Source: Camelus dromedarius (lineage: Eukaryota). From it: 64,000 nt of DNA. Location: positions 10,850,001 through 10,914,000 of the forward strand of contig NC_087458.1 of NCBI RefSeq assembly GCF_036321535.1. Direction: 5' to 3'. The translations under genes and the position numbers were made by a program. Below the pieces are notes generated by a model. The model was given only the letters and a program-made list of their open reading frames with translations, ran no database searches and was not told the origin of the DNA. Shown piece after piece: positions 12,820 to 23,300 of this stretch. Numbering within the stretch: position 1 is the stretch's first letter; each line of letters begins with the position of its first letter.

Positions 12820-14326
12820 TGGGTTAAAAGAGAGACACGTTTATTCTTTGACCCCATGTCTCTGGGTGGAATAGCACTTTTAGAAGGCTAGAAGTAGGTC
12901 CTGGCTAATGCAGGACAAGAGTAGAAGCCCTTGTGGAAGTCATAGTCTTCCACGTAGTAACAACAGCAGTAGGTGGGGCAGTGGTAAGGGGGAGGTAAGA
13001 GCAACAATTAGGCGGGGTCCTAGGACACAGAGTGTATTCTAGGAAGAACCCAAACTATGCTCCCCTGCATTCTCCCCATCCCTGTCCCCACCCCCGTCCT
13101 CAGAAAGAGCCAGGCTCCTCCCAGAGAGCCCACCTGTCAGGGAACATGTAGGCAGCCCCCAGGGGCCAGCTCAGGCTGCAGGACCTGCACCACCAGGGCA
13201 TCTTCAGGTAACACCAGGCCTCTGTAGCCTCTCACTCATGTCCCCAAGTATCCACCTTAGAGGCTGAAAGTGTGGTTCCTCTCTGAGCCAAAGACTGACA
13301 CTTCCTGGCCATCAGCCTGGGCTCCTGCCACCACCCAACTTAGCTTCCCCAGGGAAAAGCCTCCTGAGGCCCTTCAGTCAAGCATCACCTTCGGACCAGG
13401 CACTGGGGCTGGCAGGACAGCTACAGAGAAGAACATGCGGGAAGAATAAGAAAGACACCATGAGACCCAGGGGGGAAACAGTGGGGAAGACTGTGAGGGG
13501 AGAGGGCAAGTGTTGAAAGGACCCTGAGGGAAGACGTTGAAGGAGAGGGGCAGAAGCAGAGAGGACACAAGCGGGAGGTGGGAATCAGGGGGACTAGTAG
13601 GATCAGGGGGTTCTTGTAACTGGAAGGTAGATTTTCCTTTTGCAATTTGTTAGCATAGTCCTCCTCCTGTATGATCCAGGAATATTCACCTCTCCATCAC
13701 GTCAACACTAATCCCCTTCTTCCTCTCCACACCAGCACCGAAGTTACCTCAGACCTGCAGCTCCACCTGTTTCCATCATCAGTGCTCAGCACTCAGCAGG
13801 CAGGTGTAGCTGCCCTGGTCAGAGGCCAGAATATGGGGCAGCTGCAGAGCCCCAGTGCTCCAGGCTGTCTCTCTGCGTGGCCCTGGAAAGCAAGGGCCAG
13901 GTCTTCAGGTTCCAAGACACCCCCAAGGCCCCACTGCAGCAGGACTAGTTCTTGGCTTCACTCCCACTGCACTCAGAGACTTGGACCCTGTGCTGCATCA
14001 GTTTTCAGTTCCAGAGATAGCAGGGTTGGGAGCCTGTGAGCTGAGGATGGAGGAGGGAAGTCCCAGTCTATTGGAGAAGCAGGGGTGGAAACCGCGTAGA
14101 GCCCCTGACTCCCTTTTGAGCATCTTCCACATCATCTGCCACATCTCATGCTTTCCTTGCAGAAACCTCTAGTAACTGTCCTCCAGCCCCACCTTGAAGC
14201 CTTCCTGAATGTCAATTTTTCCTTCAGTTCTAGGAGTGGTATAAAAGAAGGGCTAGGGATCAAGAAATAGAGAAAGAGGCCCTTACCTGTGATAACTAGC
14301 AAGAGTAGGAAGCACTGGCTCATGAG
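12820..14326 (-). pseudogene. Unprocessed Ig-superfamily pseudogene (signal-IgV-IgC-TM; B7/butyrophilin-like)
   Basis: Exons (-): 14326-14287 (ATG 14323, MSQCFLLLLVIT-G|gtaagg); 14067-13748 (IgV, ALQLPHILASDQGSYTCLL, DxGxYxC at 13820-13800); 13420-13134 (IgC, MLD*RASGGFSLGKLSW...NHTFSL...VQVLQPEL); 13019-12940 (GPRLIVALTSPLPLPHLLLLLLRGRL*). AATAAA at 12845-12840. All introns GT-AG. At least 8 in-frame stops and 2 frameshifts. Confidence 0.85.
12840..12845 (-). terminator. Poly(A) signal AATAAA of the Ig pseudogene
   Basis: TTTATT on + at 12840-12845, about 95 nt after the TM-exon stop, followed on - by a GT/T-rich tract (cgtgtctctctttt). Confidence 0.6.
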
Positions 14327-17300
14327 CTAGAAGGAAAGGGTAGAGGAACAGAGACTGGAGACAAATCTTTCCTTGCCAGCTGGCTTCTCTCCCTGGGCCT
14401 AGGCCTCCATGCTCTAAGGTCCTCTGTGGGGAAATCTGACTCCCTGAAAAGACTCTGTATGTTGAAGCTCACTCACATCCTCATCAGTAATCAATACCCT
14501 AGGACTGTGCCCAGGGACACCAAACTGGTTCTACAATTCTAGAATACAGCCAAAGGAGAGAAGCCTGGCCACTCCTGGAAGGTTCCAAAGCTCCTTGCAG
14601 GAAAGTCAGAGAGCTGGCTCTGTTTCAGGAGAGAGAGGATAGGGAGGACAGAAAGGCAGAGACCCAGAGAGAAAACATAAAGTAGAAATGGTGAGAGAGA
14701 TCCCAAGGCACAATGAGACAGGATGAAACCTAGAGATAGAAAGATACAGAGAGACAGGGAGAAACACACACATACACAGACGGGTTATTGAAGAAGGGCA
14801 ATTCAAAGAGACAAGAAGCTGAGACAAGCTCTGAAACAGACAGAAAGACCTAAAGCGAAATTTCTGGATGCCCATTGCCCAATTCTGGGATCACTTAGCT
14901 ACTGCCCACTCAGCTACTTTCCACTTCCACCCTCAGTTTCCACCACTCAACAACGACCCATTTGATACTTTCCTACTTAATATCACTATGTCCCTCAAAA
15001 ACTCAAGTTCCTTCCCATCCTCATCTCGCCTCCGATCATTCTCTAACTCCCCTGATTCTCACTCCCCTCCACCCCCAAGTCGGCTTACAGTTCTACCTTT
15101 CTCTCAAACTCCTTTCAGCTCACGTCTCAAACATATCTCAAGATCTGGTCTCTTGGAGTCTCTTTTCCTGGTCATTCCTCTGTCCTTCTGTTTGTCCATG
15201 TCCTTATTCCGGCTGAGCTGAGAGCAAAGAGCCAGAATTGGTGCCAAGAAAGCATGGGGCCAGGAAATCAAGTGGCCAGAATGAAATGTGGGAAAAATGT
15301 AGAAAGGTCAGTGGACAATAGAGGAAGAGCCAGAGAGAGGGCCTGAAGGATGGGAGAGCCTGGGAGATGTAGGCAGAGGGAACTAAGAGAGTCTTGAGAG
15401 TGTGACTAAGACCCCTAGGGTCCAATTTTTCACTTTCTAGGTGTATTGAACAATGCTGAGAACCAGGGATGGTTCCAGGGTCAGAAAATGGAGTTAAGGG
15501 AAGGAGAAGATAGACCAAGAGTTTTGTGGAGGTTTGAGACAAGAGGGTACAGGTTTGGGGCTGGACTAAGACTGGAAAGCTGAGCTGTATGGATCCTTGC
15601 TTGCCAGAAACAGCCATTTGAGGAGACCAAACTCATGGATCACATCAGGATTCTAAGACTTTCAGGATGATCTGCTCCCATCCCCACTCCTGGACAGAGA
15701 TTGTCCCTGTACATTGTTAGCAGGTGAAAGCAGGTCCAGAAGAGGAGCCCTGGTTGCCCTTCTCCCTGTCTCTAACAATTCTCTCTCAGGTGTGCCTTTC
15801 ACTTTATTTTAATGCCCTTTCAGTTTTTGTTTTTCTGTTTTGTTTTGTTTTTTTAATCATTGACAAGGTCATTATAGACCATTTTAGATGCTGCCCTGGG
15901 GAGTCAAGTATGGATTAGACAAATGCAAATAGGCTTGTTTTCTTTCTCTCTCTCTCTTTTCTTCTTCTTCCCCCTCCTCCATTTCTTTTCTGCCTTCTTC
16001 AAAATATGAGCTTGAGTCAGACTAAACTGGGGAGGTAGGAGTCCTTCCCCAGGAGCAGAAATGGATAGACACCTCTAGCTACTAGTTGGAAGTGGAGGAG
16101 GTGCAGAACTGGTAAGGGGGAGGATACACTCAAGGAATATGTGAGGCTCAGGCTCCATGTTCAAGTGAGATGCCAAATGCTGAGGACTCAGAGTCAAAGT
16201 GGAAGCTGAGAGGAGAAGGAAAACAAAGCTGGGAGAGAGGAGCTGGAAAGGCCCCTGTGGTGGGGAGTTCCCTGTTCTATCCAGAAGAGGCAGAAAATGA
16301 GTCTGGCAGAACAGCCAAAGACTTAAGCAAAAGTAATAGCCTAAAATGGGCATATAAGCCAATAAGGTTTAAGCAAAATGACACCACCCCCCAGGCAGCT
16401 CCTCGCCTAAATCGTAGGAGTGTGACAGATCCAAATCCAGCTGTTGGGAGGTTAGCCAGTCAGAGCCTTAGGGAAAAGACTAGCTTTCAGATTTCAACCA
16501 AGGACATTTGAAGTTAGTGATTTTTTTTAAGACATTTTTTTTTTACCATGATCTGGAAAACTGAGGATCCTCTTTGTCAGACTCAGAGGAAGCTATAGTT
16601 GGGTGGATAGAGACTTTCTAAGCTACTATTGGGTCTCAGCTTTAAGGTTATAGGTGGGAAACAGGTCCTGGTACCTTCTTGCCCATACCCTCCCCATGCT
16701 GTTTTCTCTAAGGACTGAGAGTTACCATCAGGAGTAGGAAAAGCCCTGTTATGCTGTCAGATCCCTGAATTACATGCCCATCCCCAGTGCAGCCCCAGCC
16801 ACTCTCTATGCCCTAAATTTCTTGGGCATGATGGGGATCAAGTTGATGTGTAGAAATCAAAGGCAAAAGTAAGCAGTCATCACTCTTATTTACAGCCCAG
16901 CCTTGGGGGACACAAGCCCTGTTTCTGTCCCACCCCAGCTGTGCTGGGAGTAGAAATTTGTCTACATTTTCACCTGTAGCTAAAACTAGTCAGCTTGGAG
17001 CTGGGCTTCTTTATTCTTCATTGGGTCTTGGAGGGATAGAGTTAAGAAGAAGCTCATGGACTTGGCTTGAATAAAAGGAAGATACCAGGGAGGGGCAGGA
17101 GTCTGTTCTTCTCACTCCTCCCCTACCTCACTCCCATCCAGCTTCTAAGGCTGGGCAGCTTCTGCCCTGGATCTTATCAGGAGAAACTCCCTGACCTTAA
17201 TTCTGAGTTCCAGATGCCACAGTACCTCAGTTTCCTTGTGCTGTGTAAGCCTATGAGACAGGATGAAATAAGGAATTACTCTTCCTAGAACTCAATAGTG

Positions 17301-17869
17301 AAAAGTTCTCCAAGGCTCAAGTATGCCTAAGGTATTTTCCTTTCTTCACCCCCACCCCAATCTCTCTCTCTTTCTCTCTCTCCCCTCCCCTTACAATGTT
17401 CCCTGACAGACTAGATTCTACTACCCTCTAGTGGCCAGAGAGGAAAGGACTGTCCCACTCAGTCAATTAGGACCTTCAAGCCTTTACTACGGGATAGTCG
17501 GTCTGGAAGACACCTAAGGGAGAAGCCAAAGGTACACTTTATAAATGAGAAAGAGAAGACCTGGAGAAAAATAATCACTCTGAGAGACAAGATATAGTTG
17601 GCACCAGAACCCAAGTCTCCTGACTCCCAGGTCAGTGCTTAGTCCACTTTCACTGCCTTCCCTCTGACTTTTGCCTCCTCTAGCTCATCTCTGGGGAGGT
17701 CAGTACGTATTAGAAACGCCAAAGCCAAAAGGACTTGGTTCCCTCCTCATCCCCCCAAATGTCATAATCCCAAGTGAATTTGTAGTTTAGATAACAGGGA
17801 TCTTTCTCACGAATTGGGTATCCTCCGACTTTCGGAATTTAATCTTTCAAGATTTTTCTTTAACTCGAA

Positions 17870-18147
17870 AAGCTCCTGTCGCCATGGTGACAACACTGTG
17901 TGGTTCCTGGTGGCTACCCAAGTCTCCTATCTCCACGGTAACCAGTGCTTTGCGACCTTCAGTTTGCAGCGGTGGTGCGGCAGCCGCGGCAGTGGTTGCT
18001 GGGCAACGGCGGAGCGAAGCCGGTGGCCTGTGGTGGGGACCCGGAACGGCTTCCGGTAGGGGAATAGAGGCTGTTCCGGGAAAGCCTGGGCCGCGATGTA
18101 GGGGGGTTCCGGACTCCTGGCGCCGCAGCCCGCCACTCCCTGTACCC
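17870..18147 (+). promoter_or_regulatory. KLHDC9: KLHDC9 CpG-island promoter with RFX X-box motifs
   Basis: CpG-rich. GTCGCCATGGTGAC at 17878-17891 and GTTGCTGGGCAAC at 17995-18007 fit the X-box consensus. Confidence 0.65.
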
Positions 18148-19800
18148 ATGGCCGGGGCGGTGGGTGGGGCGGGAGGCTCGGGCTGGACCTGGCGGCCGGT
18201 GGCGCGGGACCCGCTGCTGGCCCGGGCCTTCCATTCATGCACCGAACTGCGGGGACGGTTCTATCTGGTAGGGGGTCTTCTAGCCGGAGGAGCGAGAGAG
18301 CCGAGCAATGATACGGTGGTCTTTGACCCGGCTGGAGGCCAGGCCGTGCGGGTAGGAACCCAGGACGGCCCCAGGCGCAGCCATCACGACGCAGCGCCAG
18401 TGGGCGGGCGTTGGCTCTGCGTGGTGGGCGGCTGGGACGGGTCGCGTCGCCTGGCCACAGTGGCCGCCCTGGACACGGAGCGCGGTGTGTGGGAGGCGTG
18501 GAGAGCCGCCCAAGGCAACTGCCCCCCTGCTGGCCTCAGTAGTCATACCTGTACCCGCCTCTCCGATCGAGAGCTGCGGGTGGCAGGCAGGGAGGGCGGG
18601 ACCCGCACTCAGCGTCGTTATGGAAGCATCTACACGTTAAGGCTGGACCCTGGCGCCCGCACTTATTGGTACGACACCGTTGCCCAAAACCCTTTGTCTA
18701 CGTAGATTCGCACACAATTTATCCAAATCTTCCTTCCCCAGAACTCTTTAATGTCTAAGATAGCTAAACTCTACCAATATTACCCTCCCTTCTCAACCGA
18801 ACTGCTGCACTGAATCCTGCCTCCTTTCTACAAGGTGGGTGGGAATCGGGGAATGGCAGTACAGCACTTAGATTTTTCAGAAAACCCAACTCAGGGCTGC
18901 ATTTCTGCATATCCACAGCTATAAGGAAGAAGGCTGCCATACAGTCTCACGCTCAGGTCACTGTGCTGCCCTGCTTCAAAGTCCTGGGCTCCACCAAGGT
19001 CACCAGCTATTGCTCTTTGGGGGATGCAACTCAGCTGAACCAGAAGTAGCTGGGCGTTGGAGTCATGGGAGGATTAAGGTATTATCTACTCACATGCTAA
19101 GGGTGGAAGGGAGCTAAAACTGTGATGCCCAAATGCCTCCAGACAGTCCCTTCTTTATCCCTCAAGGAGGAACCACTTGTTGCCCCCCGTTTGACGGAAC
19201 AGCTTGCAAGGCTGGTGAGCAGTGGCCAGGGGTCTCGGCAGGGGCCTCAAGGACTACGGCATCACTCATGTTCTGTGGTTGGGCCTTTTGCTGTGCTGTT
19301 TGGTGGAGAAACTCTGACCAGAGCCAGAGACACCATCTGCAATGACCTCTACATCTATGATACCCGTGAGAGCCAGTTTAATGGTTCAGAAGGGTAAAAG
19401 GTGGGAAGATAGGAGAACCTGAGGACTACAGAAAGAAAGAGGATGGAGGAATGGGTTAGGGAGGAGGAAGAATTAGTCAACAAGTTGAAGGAATAAACAG
19501 AATATTAAATATTTTAAAGGCCCATAAATCAAGTGAGGAGAAAAATAACGGGCAAGAATTTGGTCCTGTTAAGAGCCCCATGGGGACCAAAATGCTACTG
19601 CCTCAATAACCACCCTCCGCCCTTACCCAACAGGCAAGTCTCCTTCTCTGTGGTTCCACTTTCCCTGTGCAGACCATGGGCTAAAACGCACGGGCCATCG
19701 GACCTGCCTTTGGAATGATCAGCTTTACCTGGTTGGGGGTTTCGGTGAGGATGGCAGGACAGCTAGTTCACAGGTTTGCATCCTGGACTTCTTTATCTAA
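18148..19800 (+). CDS. KLHDC9: Kelch domain-containing protein 9 (348 aa, 4 exons)
   Basis: Exons 18148-18668, 18919-19078, 19167-19365, 19634-19800; all GT-AG, frame-consistent, 1047 nt. Translation MAGAVGGAGGSGWTWRPVARDPLLARAFHSCTELRGRFYLVGG...QVCILDFFI* with kelch GG motifs matches recalled KLHDC9. Confidence 0.96.
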
Positions 19801-19888
19801 AGAACAGTGCCAAGATATATTGCCAAGCCTCTGTTTTGTTGCAAACTCATAAAGCATTGTCACCAGATCTGCCTCATTTTGAAAGCTC

Positions 19889-19894
19889 ATTAAA
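19889..19894 (+). terminator. KLHDC9: Candidate KLHDC9 poly(A) signal ATTAAA
   Basis: ATTAAA about 90 nt after the stop codon. Confidence 0.5.
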
Positions 19895-20131
19895 TTTCAT
19901 CCCGAGAGTCAACGTTTGTCTCTGAATCTTCTTGGGAGGAGGGCAGTGAATAGGGTATGTATCTTTATTTGCAAGGGAAACGGTAAAATATGGGACCTAG
20001 TCTGATATTGTGAGCCATTAACCTGATGGAAGCAAAACCACAAATTATATGCTTGTCCGTGCCCCATGCAAATTCTGCCTCTAGTACTGGGAGAAAGCTT
20101 CATACTAGAGATAAACATTCTGACCAAAACA

Positions 20132-20137
20132 TTTAAT
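20132..20137 (-). terminator. PFDN2: Candidate PFDN2 poly(A) signal ATTAAA
   Basis: TTTAAT on +, just left of the N-gap that hides the PFDN2 stop. Confidence 0.5.
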
Positions 20138-20150
20138 TAACAAAAAAAAT

Positions 20151-20317
20151 NNNNNNNNNNNNNNNNNNNNNNNNNNNNNNNNNNNNNNNNNNNNNNNNNN
20201 NNNNNNNNNNNNNNNNNNNNNNNNNNNNNNNNNNNNNNNNNNNNNNNNNNNNNNNNNNNNNNNNNNNNNNNNNNNNNNNNNNNNNNNNNNNNNNNNNNNN
20301 NNNNNNNNNNNNNNNNN
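20151..20317. other. Assembly gap (167 N) covering the PFDN2 stop and 3' UTR
   Basis: N run. Confidence 0.99.
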
Positions 20318-23300
20318 CTTCCCCCATGAGACGAATGTTGTGCTTTTCCCGAAATTCATTTAGTTCTTTTCCCTTTGCCTGAAGCTGCTGTGTCAGTGTC
20401 TCAATGATCTTCTGTATCTAGAGGGCAAACAACAGGGATTACATAAGGATTTCAGGACTCCTTTCTCCCATCTGTTATGGACTATGACTTGGGGAAATGA
20501 AGGAGAGATGATACCTCTAACCTCACCTTTAACCAACTATTAATATTAGAGCCCAGACACTAAAAGTATTCCTTTCTTTAAAACAATGATTTATAAACCT
20601 TAGTGTGCAGAAGAAGCACCTGGGCTGCTTATTTTTAATATGCCACTTTATGGGTCCCATCCCCAAAGGTTCTGAATCAGCAGATTCAGAAAGCTGTATT
20701 TTAAATTAGTCATCCAGGTGATTTGGATGCAAGGATCCATGGACTACAGTGTGAGAAACACCATTCTATCCACCTCCCCTCTTCCAACCCAGCCAGGTCA
20801 CAGAGCCTATGGAAAGAGGCACACAGCAACTCTTTTGCCTAAGGAGTTAGACTTAGCATAGCCTAAAGAGCAAAGGCTACTAGGCTATTTATGCTGTCTT
20901 CGACGTGAGTTCCTACCCAGACTTTCCTCCCCCATACTCCCTAAATCCCTGGCCTCCTCTTCCTTACCCCTTGTTGCCCAGAGCTTCTACTCAGGGATTC
21001 TTGCTTACCTGCTCCCTGTTGTTCTCCAAGGCAGGCAGCACCTCTTTGACGGTCCGCTCCACCAGCACCCCTCCAACCATGCGGTAGCACTTGCGGGTTT
21101 CATCTACCTCCTTCAGGGTATCGATCACTAGGCTGAGGAAGGAGGACAAGGCAAGATCTGAGAATTCCATCCCACTCTGCAGCAACCCTCTCTTACAAAA
21201 TGGCCCATCCAACTCTCCAACTGTTTGCTTCTCCCGGCTTCCTCACCTGTGCTCATTCAACTCCATCTCCAGTTCAGCTGCTTTCGATGCCAGGCCCCGC
21301 TGTTCCTGCCGCAGGCGGTTAAAGCCAGCAATTACCTAAGAAGGTGAGAAAGAGATAAAATTGAGTGAACAGTGAAAATGGCAGAGGGTCAACATACAAC
21401 ATAGGATGCCAGGCTTTACAAAGATGCAGTAGTAGACACCTACCTTGGAAAAGAAGTAGAACACAGTTTGCCGTTTCTAACTTAAGTCTGTCTGGAATTC
21501 CATTCACCCAACACTGAATGCCTACTAGGTGTGAGACATTTGCTGGGCCGTCTCGCAGCTTACAGTTTGGTGAGGAAAAGGCGTTTATAATATAGGAATG
21601 GGGGTAGAGAGCCACTGTAGCACCTACAGGGGAACTTAGACTTGCAGCTAAAGAGGGCTATCAGGAAAGGCTTTGTAATGAGCGATTCTTGTTTGGATCT
21701 GCCTAGCATCCCTCCCATTGGGGAACTGCCCCTCCTTAATTCAGTGGGGTTCTTGTGGGGCTACTAATCACAGAACGCTTGCTCCTTGACCACAGGGACA
21801 TTGACCTATTCTATGCTAGACTCTCTGCAGGTTGAATTTTGAGTAGAGACAAACAGGTACAGAAGGCAGCTGGAGCTAAGATACCTTATAGAGATGATCC
21901 CCTATCCCTGAAATCCCCAAAGATGCCCAAGTTCTTGAACTTTGTGTGGCTTAGCTGTTTAACCTTTCTTTTCATTGTGTTCAGTTCTACCTACCACCAT
22001 CTTTCTAAAACACTCCTTTAAAAAAAGTTGCCCAAAGTCCATTTTTGTAGCCTCTAAACATACAGGATTCCTGAGAGAAAACACCTTAACTGAAGCCTGA
22101 GGGATGACAAATTGGGCGGGGTGGGGGGCAGGGGAGGATGCTAAAAAGGCACAAGAAATAACATATGTGAAGGCCTAGAAAAGTGATTACTACCAGCATC
22201 TTGTTCTCCAGAAACTGAGCAGAGAATTAAAACTGTGAAAACCAGAATTTAACTCTGGAAATCAAACTGGATACTAATACACCACCACCATCACTTCCAG
22301 TATATGGCTCTGATGACTGTATTTGGAAAGAAGTAGCAGATGAAAGAGAAAGACCAGGTTTCAAGTTTTGCGCCTGCCACATATTGGATTTATGGCCTTT
22401 GACAGACCTCTCACCCTATTCAGTCAACCCTTGCTGCATCACTACATGTTAGAATCACCAGGGGAATGTTTTTAAAACACAAATAGTGGAGCCTAAAAAC
22501 AATTTCACAATCACTGGGAGTGAGGCCCAAGCCTCTGTATTTCAAAAAGATCTCCCACAAAATTCTGATGTGCAGCCAGAACTGAGAACCACTTGGTTAA
22601 TCTCTCTGAGCCTTAGTTTTCTCACCTGTGAAATGCAGACAATACCTACTTCACAGAGCTGTTGTATCACATGAGTGAATTAGTGTGAAATAGCTTTGTA
22701 AGCAGTGAAGTACATTAATTACTATAACGGCCTTCTCTCCAAATCCAGAAGTGCCCCCTTGTACCCTCCAAATCAGCTGAGAGCAGTGGGCCTATTCATT
22801 CAAACAGCTGCCAAATCTCTCACTCCTATTTACATCATCTCTAGTCTCATTACCATTGATGACTAACCACCTCATCTTTATTAGGATCCCTTATCTCTAG
22901 CTCTCTCTGCAAGGTTCATATGCAGCTGATAATCCAAATGGCTGTCCTGTACCACCCCTAGTCCCTTCTACTGCCCAATGAATGAAGGAATAAATTTAAC
23001 TAGGAACCTGTCATTCTAGCAACTTGCTTCCTTCTCCCATCCACCATCCTCTCATCTCAGTCTATTTCATCCACTCATTTTGGCAAATGCCTTGGAAATC
23101 TCGCTCACTACAAGCTACTTTCCTTCACCTTAATTGCCTATATCAAAACTACTCCATTTATAATTAGCATTTTCACCACTGTCAATGTAACACATCAAAA
23201 TACTTTCATTTAAAAATATTCTACAATTAAACTAGATTCTAGATGTTCTCCTAGCATCCAAATGACCCACTCTTCTGGATGGATGTTGTATTTAACATAC

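Noticed and set aside
12888-13010. Cys/Tyr-rich frame PPYHCPTYCCCYYVEDYDFHKGFYSCPALARTYF* on the - strand
   Set aside because: It is preceded by an in-frame TAA with no ATG or acceptor. The phase-1 frame of the same exon (hydrophobic TM-like) fits the upstream Ig exons better.
12820-14326. Idea that the Ig exons are unannotated upstream exons of NECTIN4
   Set aside because: They carry their own signal peptide, TM-like exon, stop and AATAAA, and NECTIN4 exon 1 has its own ATG and signal peptide.
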